This document shows positions 30,313 to 41,065 of a DNA stretch of 64,000 nt, piece by piece; the stretch's first letter is position 1, and the number at the start of each line of letters is the position of its first letter. The DNA comes from Patescibacteria group bacterium (GTDB lineage Bacteria > Patescibacteriota > Microgenomatia > Levybacterales > UBA12049), in the NCBI GenBank assembly GCA_026004395.1, contig BPJB01000001.1:777226-841225 (forward strand), read 5' to 3'. Below the pieces are notes generated by a model that worked only from the letters and a program-made list of their open reading frames with translations, was not told the DNA's origin and did no database searches. The translations under genes were made by a program, and so were the position numbers.

Positions 30313-33161
30313 AAAATTTTCTTGATAGAAAAGAAACTTATTTAATAGTTATACTCAGCTTTATTTTACTTTTTCTTGTTTTAGTTAATAAAAATACTTT
30401 TGCTCAAGTTTGTTCTACATACTGTAATGAACAATATGGTATTCCTACAAATCATGTTTGTGCGTATGTAATTGATTGTAATGGTTATGAAATCTGTAGA
30501 GCTGCTCCTCGAAACTGTATGGGTTATGAATGTATTTATTGTCCGCCCCCACCATCTTCTGATGGTGGTTATGGGGATGGTTCGTATGATGCACCATATA
30601 ATAGTCCATATTATGCAGATTTTCGTGTTACAGGGGTTGGTGTGAGGAATAGGAATGGTAATACTCAGTCGTATTATGTAGCAGATTCACCTGGGTATAA
30701 TATCGATGGAGATCCGATATATGTTTCTGTGAGTATATTGAATGATGGTAATGGTTATCCTGATACTTCTTCAAGGCATGCTGTGTATAAGGATGTTGAT
30801 GCATATAATAGTGGTTCAGCCTCCATGTATATAGACTCATCTGATAACTGGCCTCCAGGCACTACAGCTACTTATCAGTCATGGTCTGGAGGTGTAGGCA
30901 GTGGTCAGTTTACGAGTCCATATTTTATGCAGCGTAATGCAGGTAGGTATAGGGTTTATGTTAAAGCCAACTATAATAATGCGGTGACGGAGTGGAATTA
31001 TTCAAATAATACGGGGTCTAGCGCTATTTATGAGGTCAGATCATCAATTTTTGGTTGGGTGTGTTGGAGTTTGGATGAGGATGCCCAGTGTGATGATGCT
31101 AGTGGGAGTACACCAGCTGATCCTTTGGTGAGTAATATACGGATTAGTTTGTATAGGGATGATAATAATAATTATGGTACTTTTTTGGGTACAGATACTA
31201 CGGTGCAAACGAGTAATTGGAACAGAAGTTATGCTTTTGATAATCTGAGTGCTGGAGATTATAAAGTGAGTTGGGATGATCCTGATTGGCTGCCTATTTC
31301 CTCACAGGAGAGGACAGCAAGTCTTGGTCCGCATACGAGGATCAGGTTTGCGGTGAAGCCAGCGTATAGGCTTTGGGGTTATGTGTTTGTGGATGAGGAT
31401 CGGGATGGTGTTCGGGATAGTAATGAGACTGTGGGATATTCTGGGGTGAGAGTTAGTTTGAGTGGTGAGGAGAGTAGGACGACGACGACAGATGCTAATG
31501 GGATGTATGAGTTTACTTCTCTTCCACGTGGTACGTATACGATCACGATTACAGAGCCTAATGGGTATAAGGCTTATCCTTCAGTGAGTAAGCAGCAGGT
31601 AATAGATCGTAATGAGACTCAGAGGAACTGGAGGAATGATTTTGGTATCAATCGGGTGTATAGTATAACAGGTAGGGTGTATGCTGATGCCAATCGGGAT
31701 GGGAGTTATTCAGCAGCTGATGTTGCGATAGCTAATCAGAGTGTTAGTTTGACAGGGAGTAGTTCAGCGAGTGTTGTTACTGACTCCAATGGGGTGTATA
31801 GTTTTGATAGACTTGAGCCTGGTGAGTATTTGGTGACTACTACACCACCTGCTGATTATACGGTGTTGACCTCACTTCCTTTGCGGGTGGTAATCACCTC
31901 TTCTAATGTAGCTAATCAAGATATACGTTTTTATGGTAAGTATACGATCTCAGGTGTGGTGTTTGTTGATGAGGATGATAGTAAGACGAAGAATAATCAG
32001 GAGCAGAATTATCCAGCTAATCCGCAGATAGCAGTTACCTCATCTCCAACTGGAGCTCCTCTTCCTCAGGTGGTGAATAATGCTGATGGTTCGTATCAGG
32101 TAACAGGACTTATCTCAGGGGAGTATACAGTGGCGTATAGTGCGCTGCCTCTTGGGTATTATGTGTTTCATCCCCGACCAGCGTTCTATGCTCCAAGAGT
32201 TGGTGTTGGCTGTAGTCCTGCGCCCCAGTCACCAGGAGGAAGCTGTGATGGAAATAACAATATAGTTGATCTGAACTTTGCGATCAAAGCTGGTGAGCCG
32301 TGGATGCAGATCTATGGTGCGGATGTGAGGTTTGATGAGGGGTTGAATGACCCTGTGCCTCCAACACCTAATGCTGCCTGTGGTGGTGCTTATGTGATCC
32401 TGCCGGGTAGTGGTGGTACTCCTGGTGTTGGATTTAGTGGAGATCTGCCACCTAAGCTTAATCTGGGTAGTATCTCCTCTTTGGGTTGGCTGGTGGGTGG
32501 TGTGCAGTATCCCTCGTTGTTTAAGCCGGTGAGAGCTAAGGTGATCAGAACAGCTTATGGTTATCTGATGTTTGCTGTTGGTCGGGGTAATGTGCGTACT
32601 GTTAATCTCTCCTCTGTATGTGATCCTGCCAACTGTACTCTGCCTGCTTCTTTGGCATCAGGTATCTATACTGCAACAGGAAATGTTAATCTTAATGCTT
32701 TTACCTTTCCTGCTAATCGGGACTATATCTTCCTCATAGATGGTACTCTGCGTATTAAAGGACAGATCCGAGTTCCCACTACCTCAACAGCTACATTCTC
32801 TGTCTCTGAGGATATCCTCATTGATGGCAGTGTGGGTAGTCCTCCTTCCTGTCCTCCACCAGCTGTTGGAGCTGCTGATCTGGAGGGTTTTTACAGTGCT
32901 GATCGCAACTTTATCGTTGAGAGTTCTCCTCAGACTGACTGTTCAGCAGGTATCATCGATAAACAGCTTAATGTCCAAGGAGCAATTGTTGTGGATGCTG
33001 GACAGAGAACACCAGGTGGAAGATTTACCAACAACAGAACCTTCTGCACCCAAAATATTGACTACCCCTCCTTCACCCTCAAAGCTAGACCTGATTTCAT
33101 CCTTAATGCCCCTGAGTTCATCAAACGCGAAAACTTCATCTGGCAAGAAGTAGCACCATAA
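30309..33161 (+). CDS. Large secreted surface protein: Cys-rich N-terminus, CARDB-like domain, ~4 SdrD-B/Cna-B-like repeats, C-terminal domain
   Basis: Signal ending TFA-Q; ANYNNAVTEWNYSNN; repeated GxVFxDxDxDG...TTDANGMYEFTSLPRGTYTI units. Confidence 0.8.
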   Translation: MKNFLDRKETYLIVILSFILLFLVLVNKNTFAQVCSTYCNEQYGIPTNHVCAYVIDCNGYEICRAAPRNCMGYECIYCPPPPSSDGGYGDGSYDAPYNSPYYADFRVTGVGVRNRNGNTQSYYVADSPGYNIDGDPIYVSVSILNDGNGYPDTSSRHAVYKDVDAYNSGSASMYIDSSDNWPPGTTATYQSWSGGVGSGQFTSPYFMQRNAGRYRVYVKANYNNAVTEWNYSNNTGSSAIYEVRSSIFGWVCWSLDEDAQCDDASGSTPADPLVSNIRISLYRDDNNNYGTFLGTDTTVQTSNWNRSYAFDNLSAGDYKVSWDDPDWLPISSQERTASLGPHTRIRFAVKPAYRLWGYVFVDEDRDGVRDSNETVGYSGVRVSLSGEESRTTTTDANGMYEFTSLPRGTYTITITEPNGYKAYPSVSKQQVIDRNETQRNWRNDFGINRVYSITGRVYADANRDGSYSAADVAIANQSVSLTGSSSASVVTDSNGVYSFDRLEPGEYLVTTTPPADYTVLTSLPLRVVITSSNVANQDIRFYGKYTISGVVFVDEDDSKTKNNQEQNYPANPQIAVTSSPTGAPLPQVVNNADGSYQVTGLISGEYTVAYSALPLGYYVFHPRPAFYAPRVGVGCSPAPQSPGGSCDGNNNIVDLNFAIKAGEPWMQIYGADVRFDEGLNDPVPPTPNAACGGAYVILPGSGGTPGVGFSGDLPPKLNLGSISSLGWLVGGVQYPSLFKPVRAKVIRTAYGYLMFAVGRGNVRTVNLSSVCDPANCTLPASLASGIYTATGNVNLNAFTFPANRDYIFLIDGTLRIKGQIRVPTTSTATFSVSEDILIDGSVGSPPSCPPPAVGAADLEGFYSADRNFIVESSPQTDCSAGIIDKQLNVQGAIVVDAGQRTPGGRFTNNRTFCTQNIDYPSFTLKARPDFILNAPEFIKRENFIWQEVAP

Positions 33162-33211
33162 TAAAAAGCTTCTAAGAATTGTTTTAAAATGCAAGAGAAA
33201 AATAATTTTTA

Positions 33212-34159
33212 TTAAAATCTCGATCTACTTCTCGCTGCAAAACTAAGGTTAAATTCCTCAGCAATAATTTCATTAATCTGCGACCCAAAGTTGCGTACAT
33301 CAAAAGGTAAAATATGAAAAACACATTGTACTGATCCTACAAGATTAGGATACTGCCTATCCCATTGCGGACTAGGAACAACAAAATTGACAATAAATTC
33401 ATTATTTGGACAAACTGCATGAGATGATCTATGACGTATATTCTCTATTGACATCTGATATGCAGAGAACTTATTCTGATATTTCTCATCATTTTGTGAG
33501 AGAGAATACTCAACAAATTGTGTCAATACGGGTTGTCCATTAGTTACTTCTATGACTACTCCATCAGGTACAGAAACTCCATAAATTGTCCGCGAACCAT
33601 ACTCATGGTTTATCTTACAATCCTTTTCAAAGAAATTTAAAAATAATTCTTCTGTAATTTCTGGAGAGATGAGAATTCCTTCTCTTACTCGAGGACGATA
33701 ATAATAATATCCAATATCCTCAAATACTTTTCCCGCAAATCTTCCTCTTGCTTCTTCTGCTGATACTCCTTGTCGGCGTTGTCTGCGCAAATGACTCAAA
33801 CAGTTATTGAATCTTGGGGTCTTTTTATATGATCTATAAGCTTCGCGCACTGTTAATGCTTTTGCTATTTCATCTTCAGTGAGTGATGTCTGAATAGTTG
33901 ACTGTTTTTTCAGTGCATCTACCAAAAAAAGCTGTATTGTATCCAACTCTCCAATCTCTATCTGTTCTAAGACTGCATTGGGATCAACATTCTGAGGAGA
34001 AACTGGTTCTAAAATATTATAATAGTTATTATGTTCCCCATTTTTATTACCAGCTCTCTTTTTATCTTGTTCTCTAACTGTATTAATGAAAAATATGCTG
34101 GCAACATCACTTGGACCACCATGGAAATATCCATTTTTCTTTAGTTCCTTTTGAGACAT
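33212..34159 (-). CDS. Hypothetical protein, possibly PD-(D/E)xK-like fold
   Basis: GKVFEDIG...VPDGVVIE...FVEYSLS. Confidence 0.5.
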   Translation of the reverse strand: MSQKELKKNGYFHGGPSDVASIFFINTVREQDKKRAGNKNGEHNNYYNILEPVSPQNVDPNAVLEQIEIGELDTIQLFLVDALKKQSTIQTSLTEDEIAKALTVREAYRSYKKTPRFNNCLSHLRRQRRQGVSAEEARGRFAGKVFEDIGYYYYRPRVREGILISPEITEELFLNFFEKDCKINHEYGSRTIYGVSVPDGVVIEVTNGQPVLTQFVEYSLSQNDEKYQNKFSAYQMSIENIRHRSSHAVCPNNEFIVNFVVPSPQWDRQYPNLVGSVQCVFHILPFDVRNFGSQINEIIAEEFNLSFAARSRSRF

Positions 34160-34225
34160 GATGCAATATTATAAATAAGTTCTACTATAAATACAATTTA
34201 AAAATTTAATAACGAAGATATCTTT

Positions 34226-35548
34226 TTATGAAATTGGATATTTATCACAAAAAATTCTCACTTCTTTTGCAATACTAAGAAGTTTTTTATTCTTCCATAC
34301 ATTTTTTCTGAAATCTTTCCAAAAGGCAGATCGTTTTTCCTTATCATCTGGTAAAGGATTCCCTTTGACCTCATCAATTACTGCATTTATCCAATTGGCA
34401 ATTTTAATCATATCTCTTTCTTTCATCCCGCGTGTTGTAACTGCTGGAGTACCTAATCTTATTCCTGAAGGATAAAAAGGAGGCATTGGATCATTAGGAA
34501 CTGCATTTTTATTAACAACGATACCAGCAACTTCTAATGCCAAAGCACCAACAGCACCATTTACGTTCTTATTGCGTAAGTCTATAAGGAGTAAGTGGTT
34601 ATCTGTTCCACCACTTACGAGATCAAAACCAAGTTCTTTTAATTTCTCAGCTAACTTTTTGGCGTTTTTTACTACCTGCTCACCATATTTTCTAAATTTG
34701 GCAGAAGATGCTTCTTTGAGCGCAACAGCAATCGCAGCTGTCTGATTGTCATGGGGTCCACCTTGAAGTCCTGGAAAAACAGCTTTATCTATTTTATCTG
34801 CAAGTTCTGGATCTTTTGTTAGCCCTTTTTCAGTGACCATAATCATTGCACCTCTTGGTCCACGCAGTGTCTTGTGCGTTGTTGTCATAATAATATGAGC
34901 GTAGGGAACAGGACTTGGATGTACCCCGGCTGCTACCAAACCTGCAATATGAGAAATATCTGCCAAGAGATATGCATCAGTCTCATCGGCAATCTTTCCA
35001 AAACGCTTGAAATCTATTATCCTAGGATAGGCTGTATAACCGCAGATAATAATCTTGGGTTTCTCTTTGAGTGCTAATCTTTCAATTTCATCATAATCTA
35101 GCATACCATTTTTACCAAGTGTATAAGGTACTGTCTTGTAATATTTGCCTGCAAGAGAGACTGAAGCCCCATGTGTGAGATGACCACCAAATGCAAGAGA
35201 AAGACCCATAATCTTATCTTTCAATGGTTCAAGAAGTGCAAAAAATACTGCAGCATTTGCAGGAGATCCTGAGTAGGGTTGCACATTCACATGTGGAACA
35301 TTAAAAAGCTCTTTAGCTCGCTCCTCTGCTATTAACTCAATGCTATCAATATAACTATTTCCTTGATAATATCTTTTTTTAGGATATCCTTCAGAATATT
35401 TGTTATTTAATACTGTTCCTAGGGCTTCTAGAACAGCTTGAGAGGTGTAATTTTCAGATGGAATCATTTCTAAAACGTCTCTTTGGCGCTTTTCCTCTTG
35501 TTTTATCAGTTCGTGGATTTGTGGATCTACTCTCTTGAGATATTTCAT
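34226..35548 (-). CDS. glyA: Serine hydroxymethyltransferase
   Basis: IPSENY, NKYSEGYP, TTTHKTLRGPRG, SGIRLGTP. Confidence 0.98.
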   Translation of the reverse strand: MKYLKRVDPQIHELIKQEEKRQRDVLEMIPSENYTSQAVLEALGTVLNNKYSEGYPKKRYYQGNSYIDSIELIAEERAKELFNVPHVNVQPYSGSPANAAVFFALLEPLKDKIMGLSLAFGGHLTHGASVSLAGKYYKTVPYTLGKNGMLDYDEIERLALKEKPKIIICGYTAYPRIIDFKRFGKIADETDAYLLADISHIAGLVAAGVHPSPVPYAHIIMTTTHKTLRGPRGAMIMVTEKGLTKDPELADKIDKAVFPGLQGGPHDNQTAAIAVALKEASSAKFRKYGEQVVKNAKKLAEKLKELGFDLVSGGTDNHLLLIDLRNKNVNGAVGALALEVAGIVVNKNAVPNDPMPPFYPSGIRLGTPAVTTRGMKERDMIKIANWINAVIDEVKGNPLPDDKEKRSAFWKDFRKNVWKNKKLLSIAKEVRIFCDKYPIS

Positions 35549-35720
35549 TTTTTATTTCCTTTAAATAATAGACAATCTTTTTTATGACCTACCAAAATGT
35601 ACTAATTGTGTATATTTTTTTTCATTAAACAATACAAGTATACTCTGATTTGATTGAATTGACAACACCATCAAAGAGAACAAAAATATAAAAGAAAACA
35701 ATTCAAATCAAACTAAAAGT

Positions 35721-36434
35721 TTATGATAAAACTCTTCTAATGTAAGAAACTGAAGATTCTCTTTTCTCAACAAGTAGATACGCATGATCGCCAAACTCAT
35801 CGATAATATCTAAATTATTGCGTTCTAATAAATCAAAAAGCTTTCTTCTTGATGCTCCCCAATAAGGATTAAGATATAAAAATGTCAAAAATGCTCTTCC
35901 TTTTGGATATAAAATATCAGTATATATTGGTATGATTGTCTCTCCTTGTGTCAACGTTCCATCACTATCGCTTCCAAAATCATGATAAGCTGCGCCACTG
36001 GAATCAATAATAAAATGAAATTTTTTCTGTCCTCTTATACGTTCATAATATTCTTGAACACTACCAATAAAAATCGTATCAATATTTTTACTAGCGAGAA
36101 TTTCTTCCTGTTCAGGCTCCATTGTTACTCCTGTGGTTTCTACAAATTTTCCAATTTTTGCTTGTTGAGATTTAAGATCAGCAAGCATATTACCTTCACC
36201 GCATCCGCCATCCAAAACAGAAATTGCGGGAGCATCTTCAAAAATAGAAGCAATTTTTTTTAATTCTCCAATAAAAGAAAAACGTTGCCCTTTTTCTGCA
36301 ATGCGGCTTTCTATATAAGAAAGCGTTCTATTATGCACTTGACCATTACGCAGTCTTTCAACAAGCGGAATTACAGGTCTGTCTTTTCCATAAAGAACAT
36401 AAGAAGAAGGTACAGGATATACACTTTCTCTCAT
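35721..36434 (-). CDS. Class I SAM-dependent methyltransferase
   Basis: VLDGGCGEG motif I. Confidence 0.7.
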   Translation of the reverse strand: MRESVYPVPSSYVLYGKDRPVIPLVERLRNGQVHNRTLSYIESRIAEKGQRFSFIGELKKIASIFEDAPAISVLDGGCGEGNMLADLKSQQAKIGKFVETTGVTMEPEQEEILASKNIDTIFIGSVQEYYERIRGQKKFHFIIDSSGAAYHDFGSDSDGTLTQGETIIPIYTDILYPKGRAFLTFLYLNPYWGASRRKLFDLLERNNLDIIDEFGDHAYLLVEKRESSVSYIRRVLS

Positions 36435-36445
36435 ACGACACACAA

Positions 36446-36976
36446 TTATACTTTTTTAAGGGTAAAAAAAGAATAGTGAAATTGTTCTGAAAAATGATCC
36501 TCTCTATCAATAATTTTTGTAAATTCTTTATATTCTGGAAAATATACATCAGCATCAGGAAAATCGGCATCAACAACAGTCAAATACAAAGTGTCAGCTA
36601 TTGGTAATGCTTGTTCAAAAATCTGTCCACCACCGATAATAAATATCAGATCATTGCCTTTTTCTCTCTTGGCAATTTCTAATGCATCCTGAAGAGATGA
36701 AACAGCACGTAGATCCTGCATTTTTTTACCCTCAATTTTTGCTTTCTGAAGAAAGCCTTGGGTGTCATGCGTGATAACGATGTTTACTCTCCCCGGTAAA
36801 ACACGACCAATGGAATCAAATGTCTTTCTTCCCATAATAATCGGATGCCCCATGGTGATTTTTTTGAATCGCTGTAGCTCACCCGGAATATGCCAAAGAA
36901 GCTTATTATCTTTACCAAGTTCACGATTGCGACCAATTGCAGCAATTATACTTATTGAATGTCGCTGTTTACTCAT
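36446..36976 (-). CDS. folA: Dihydrofolate reductase
   Basis: LGKDNKLLWHIP, IMGRKTF, LPGRVNIV, IIGGGQIF. Confidence 0.96.
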   Translation of the reverse strand: MSKQRHSISIIAAIGRNRELGKDNKLLWHIPGELQRFKKITMGHPIIMGRKTFDSIGRVLPGRVNIVITHDTQGFLQKAKIEGKKMQDLRAVSSLQDALEIAKREKGNDLIFIIGGGQIFEQALPIADTLYLTVVDADFPDADVYFPEYKEFTKIIDREDHFSEQFHYSFFTLKKV

Positions 36977-37935
36977 ATATTTTTCTCATAAAGACCACCC
37001 GCAACAGTTAACTCACCTTTAAGGACAGGATGAGGATTGTAATTCTCAAGAGTAACATGTTCTGGTCTAAAATCTTCCAACGATTTTACAGATGGATCAA
37101 TAGTAACAGTTGGTAAAGAACGCGGCTTACGTCTGAGCTGTTCTTTTACCTGCTCAATATGATTTTCATAAATATGAGCATCACCAAATGTGTGGATAAA
37201 CTCACCTGGTTTGTAACCAGTAATTTGACATAAAATCAAAAGAAGTAATGAGTAGCTTGCAATATTGAATGGAACTCCTAAGAACAAATCTGCACTTCGT
37301 TGATAAAGTTGCAATGATAGCTTCCCTCCTTTTTGGCTGATTTGGTACATGTTGTGGCATATAGGAAATCGCGAAGCATCCTCATACGTTGCCATAGTAT
37401 ATAGATACTCTGGATTCCACGAAGTAACAATAAGATTTCGAGCATCAGGATCATCCTTCAGTTCCTGCAGCACCCACTTAAGCTGATCAATTGTCCGTCC
37501 TGGAGTACGAGTAGGCCAAGCTCGCCACATCTCTCCATAAATTTTGGGCAACTCACCCCATTTCTTAGCGAAGTCTTCATCGTTTTTAATTCTCTCTATA
37601 AACTCTTCCTTTGTTAATTTTAAGCTGCGACCTTTGTTCTTTAAGTTATAAATTTTGTAAGGATAGTCATCCCAGATATGAACATTATTATCTACAAGAT
37701 ATTTAATATTTGTCTGTCCTGACATAAACCAATAAAGTTCATGCACTACTCCTTTCCAGTAAACTCTTTTTGTAGTAAGCAGAGGAAACCCTTTTGTGAG
37801 GTCATATCTCGTCTGACGCCCAAAAACACTGTAGGAGATTGCTCCTGTTCCTCGATCAACATTTTTTATACCTTTTTCAAGTACTTCCTCAAGGAGATTA
37901 AGATATTGATACTCTGGATGATTATTTTTACGCAT
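36973..37935 (-). CDS. thyA: Thymidylate synthase
   Basis: FPLLTTKRV, PICH, YQRSADLFLGVPFNIASY, DAHIYENH. Confidence 0.97.
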   Translation of the reverse strand: MRKNNHPEYQYLNLLEEVLEKGIKNVDRGTGAISYSVFGRQTRYDLTKGFPLLTTKRVYWKGVVHELYWFMSGQTNIKYLVDNNVHIWDDYPYKIYNLKNKGRSLKLTKEEFIERIKNDEDFAKKWGELPKIYGEMWRAWPTRTPGRTIDQLKWVLQELKDDPDARNLIVTSWNPEYLYTMATYEDASRFPICHNMYQISQKGGKLSLQLYQRSADLFLGVPFNIASYSLLLLILCQITGYKPGEFIHTFGDAHIYENHIEQVKEQLRRKPRSLPTVTIDPSVKSLEDFRPEHVTLENYNPHPVLKGELTVAGGLYEKNI

Positions 37936-37980
37936 GGATTATGCTCTAAACTTTTCTAGATGACTTTTACAAAAAAAACG

Positions 37981-38520
37981 TCACACCTGAGTTTCTTTCT
38001 GAGTGGCACTAACTCTGCCTCCTTGCCACTGACCTCGATACATATTTCCTCCGCCTGAGACTTCCTCAAACTGAGCATGGATTATACGAGCTCCCATCTC
38101 AATTGTTACTGGCACTGGTCCTTCATTTTTTACTCCAAAGACAAGCGGGCCGCGGTATCCAGGTGCTACATTACCTGTTCTAATAAAAAGCCCTGAACGA
38201 AATGTTGTTGATCGGGGTTTAAAATTAATCGTGAGATTCTGAGGAGTATTTACTTTTTCAATAGTCTTAAAAAGATAAAACTCATTTGGCTGAATTGTGA
38301 TACTGCGTTTTTCGCCCTCTTGATAGGCAACGACAAGTTTAATATCCGGTGTCTTGCGCTCTGTCTCTCCTAAAAATCCCTCTCCGTGAATGGAGTACAC
38401 CTCTCCAACTCTCAGATCAAATCCTGCGCCCTCTGGATTAGTAAGCTCACGCTCTGCTAGACCTTCTACTAAATTTTCTTTTTCAACAAGTTCAAGAAGT
38501 TTTTTTGGACCTAAGATCAT
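37981..38520 (-). CDS. Trimeric dUTPase/dCTP-deaminase superfamily protein (probable dUTPase)
   Basis: AGFDLRV, PRSTTFRSGL, APGYRG, YRGQWQGG. Confidence 0.8.
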   Translation of the reverse strand: MILGPKKLLELVEKENLVEGLAERELTNPEGAGFDLRVGEVYSIHGEGFLGETERKTPDIKLVVAYQEGEKRSITIQPNEFYLFKTIEKVNTPQNLTINFKPRSTTFRSGLFIRTGNVAPGYRGPLVFGVKNEGPVPVTIEMGARIIHAQFEEVSGGGNMYRGQWQGGRVSATQKETQV

Positions 38521-38540
38521 AAAAATATTGATACCTTTTT

Positions 38541-39227
38541 TTAAAATTTATGATGTTGCTTTATCATTTGTATCATATCCAGTGTCACATCTTCAATAGA
38601 TTTTCTAGCATCAATTATAAAAAACTCTTGTGGAAATTCCTGGATAAGCCACTGATATCCCTCAAAGACCTTTTCCAAAATATGCTCTTCTTCATAAATC
38701 TCTTTTGCATCTGACTTTTTGAGAACTCTACTTATAGCTACCTCAGGAGTAATATCAAGATAAAAAGTAATATCCGGAACAATAAATTGACACTGCATTG
38801 CCAGAAGTTTTTGTGCTATTGGAAGCATTTTTTTCTTATCATAATCAAACCTTTCCCCCATCTCCCACATACCATAAGGAATAGCAGACCAAAAACATCT
38901 ATCAGTGATAACAACTTTACCCACTTTAAGAGCTGGCACAACAAGCTCCTGATGATGCAAAAATCTGTCAACAGTGAAAAGATGCTGAAAAGCTTCTTTT
39001 GGCAGATTGATTGAACCTTGAAGTAGACGATTTATAATATCTGCAATAAGTCCTTCTTTGCGTGGCTCACGCGTAGTGATAACTTCTTTCTCCTCTTTTT
39101 GCAAAAACTCTCTTAATCGAGGGACCTGAACTGTTTTTCCACTCCCATCTATTCCCTCAAGAGCTATGTACAAACCTCTATAAGGATTTCTTCTAAACTC
39201 CAAATCAAGCGCAAGATGATATTTCAT
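38541..39227 (-). CDS. tmk: Thymidylate kinase
   Basis: EGIDGSGKT, TREP, VITDR. Confidence 0.95.
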   Translation of the reverse strand: MKYHLALDLEFRRNPYRGLYIALEGIDGSGKTVQVPRLREFLQKEEKEVITTREPRKEGLIADIINRLLQGSINLPKEAFQHLFTVDRFLHHQELVVPALKVGKVVITDRCFWSAIPYGMWEMGERFDYDKKKMLPIAQKLLAMQCQFIVPDITFYLDITPEVAISRVLKKSDAKEIYEEEHILEKVFEGYQWLIQEFPQEFFIIDARKSIEDVTLDMIQMIKQHHKF

Positions 39228-39343
39228 ATTTTATTATATCCTCCTAAGATTAGTCTGTTTATTTTAACAAGTGATATCTTAACTATTTGACTGGAACATT
39301 AAATACAATCAAAATACTTAATCAGAAAAAATACTTAGAGAAC

Positions 39344-39916
39344 TTATTTATTATCTAGATGAATTCTGCTTTCGTTTGGACCATCTTGAATCTTATATTT
39401 GGCGTGTTTTTTCTTGTTATAGGGGATCTCAGCAGGACTTGAAAGCTCCTCAAATCCCATTGCGCATATTCTCATCCCTACTGTCAGAGCAACAGCCATT
39501 CTTCCCAGATTTCCTAATTCAAGAACACATTTACCATCCCATCCAGGATCAAACGTACTCGCTGTTGAGTGAACCACAATCCCCAGTCTCCCAAGAGAAG
39601 ATCTTCCCTCCAATCTTCCCATCAAATCAGGCGCAAGGGTTATATGTTCTAAAGTAACTGCAAGAACAAAGTCTCCTGGCTGCATAATAAATTGATCTCC
39701 ATCATTAAGCACAATTTCTGAGGTAATTTCATTACTGTAATCTTTTTTAGAGGGATCAATATACGGCTTTTTGCTGTGTTCAAACACCCGAAACACATTT
39801 CCAAGCCGAAGATCTATTGAACATGAACCTAATTGTTTTTCGTAATCAAGCTCAGGAAAAATTTTTATTCTCCCTTCCTTGATTGCTTTTTTGATATCTC
39901 TGTCTGATAAAACCAT
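39344..39916 (-). CDS. dcd: dCTP deaminase
   Basis: LSDRDI, SIDLRLG, EGRSSLGRLGI, DPGWDGKCVLE. Confidence 0.95.
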   Translation of the reverse strand: MVLSDRDIKKAIKEGRIKIFPELDYEKQLGSCSIDLRLGNVFRVFEHSKKPYIDPSKKDYSNEITSEIVLNDGDQFIMQPGDFVLAVTLEHITLAPDLMGRLEGRSSLGRLGIVVHSTASTFDPGWDGKCVLELGNLGRMAVALTVGMRICAMGFEELSSPAEIPYNKKKHAKYKIQDGPNESRIHLDNK

Positions 39917-40147
39917 ATAAGGTTAATAATTTTTCCTTGAATTATACTTCTTATCCTTTTTAACAAAATAATGCAATAGCAATATGCGTATTGTATTTTA
40001 CATTAAGAAGAATTACAAGCAATATCCATTTGGGCTTCATTAATACATAAAAAAACTTTTACTATAAATTTTATTATTCGTTTTAGCTTGATTTATGCAA
40101 AACAAATATGTATAATGCGCCAAATATGAAATATCTTATAAGATTTT

Positions 40148-40789
40148 ATGTATATTTGTCATATGTCAAAAGAGAGATCTGATTTTATTAAACCAATACA
40201 TAATTTATTCCCTGTAAGCGAGAAGTCTGCTGAGATTGCTTTTGCATCTATTTTCGAATCTCTTGAGACAGAAAATACAGATTTTTTAGAATCCACAATA
40301 ACAGTATTTTCAACAGAAAATAAAAAATTATATCTTGATTTTATAAATGTCGCATCTTTTTTAAATACAATAATGACAATAATTGGGGATGATAGAGCTA
40401 TTGATTATTATTCAATAGGAACAATACTTGGATATGCAACACTAAGGACTGAGGCTTATTCTCGAGGAGGATGTCTACCTGAGATATCAGAGGAGATAAT
40501 AGATACTCAGCTTCTTGATTTTTTAGGTCAAGAAGCAAATATAGAAGAATTTCTTAAAGAAAATCCCCAAATGAATATGGAAAGAGTATTGAAGGGCATG
40601 ATCAAAACGTTAGAAGATTTCCATGAACAGGAACCAGCTCTTACCAAAGTTTTAAATAAGTATGTTACTACTAAGATAGATACACCAACTCACTCAATTT
40701 TATTCTTAAAAGGTTTTCTCAACATTTATTCAATTTTTAAAACAAATCATGAAGTCGAAAAAATTCGTTCAATTTTTGAAGGCAAATAA
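40148..40789 (+). CDS. Hypothetical protein
   Basis: 213-aa acidic ORF; no motif. Confidence 0.65.
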   Translation: MYICHMSKERSDFIKPIHNLFPVSEKSAEIAFASIFESLETENTDFLESTITVFSTENKKLYLDFINVASFLNTIMTIIGDDRAIDYYSIGTILGYATLRTEAYSRGGCLPEISEEIIDTQLLDFLGQEANIEEFLKENPQMNMERVLKGMIKTLEDFHEQEPALTKVLNKYVTTKIDTPTHSILFLKGFLNIYSIFKTNHEVEKIRSIFEGK

Positions 40790-41065
40790 TCCCAACAAAA
40801 TTTTATTTCTCCAAGTGGCAATTTTTTTAAAAAATGCTAATAAATTAAATTGACCTTAAAGCAAAAATTGCAAACAACTGCAAGAGATATAAATAGTTTT
40901 CAAAGAATATTTATACGTAATTTCTACCAATAATAAATAGCACATTCATGCAATTTATAGTACATACAAACCAAGTTTTAATTTAAAATAGATCGTTCTT
41001 ACTGTTGACAAGCTCTTATGAGTTTATTACGCTGAATAAAGAGAAGTTTCTTTTTAATTAATTAT

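Noticed and set aside
32740-33194. Overlapping 137-aa and 83-aa ORFs in the surface-protein gene (and similar shadow ORFs elsewhere)
   Set aside because: Alternative-frame or antisense shadows of well-supported genes.
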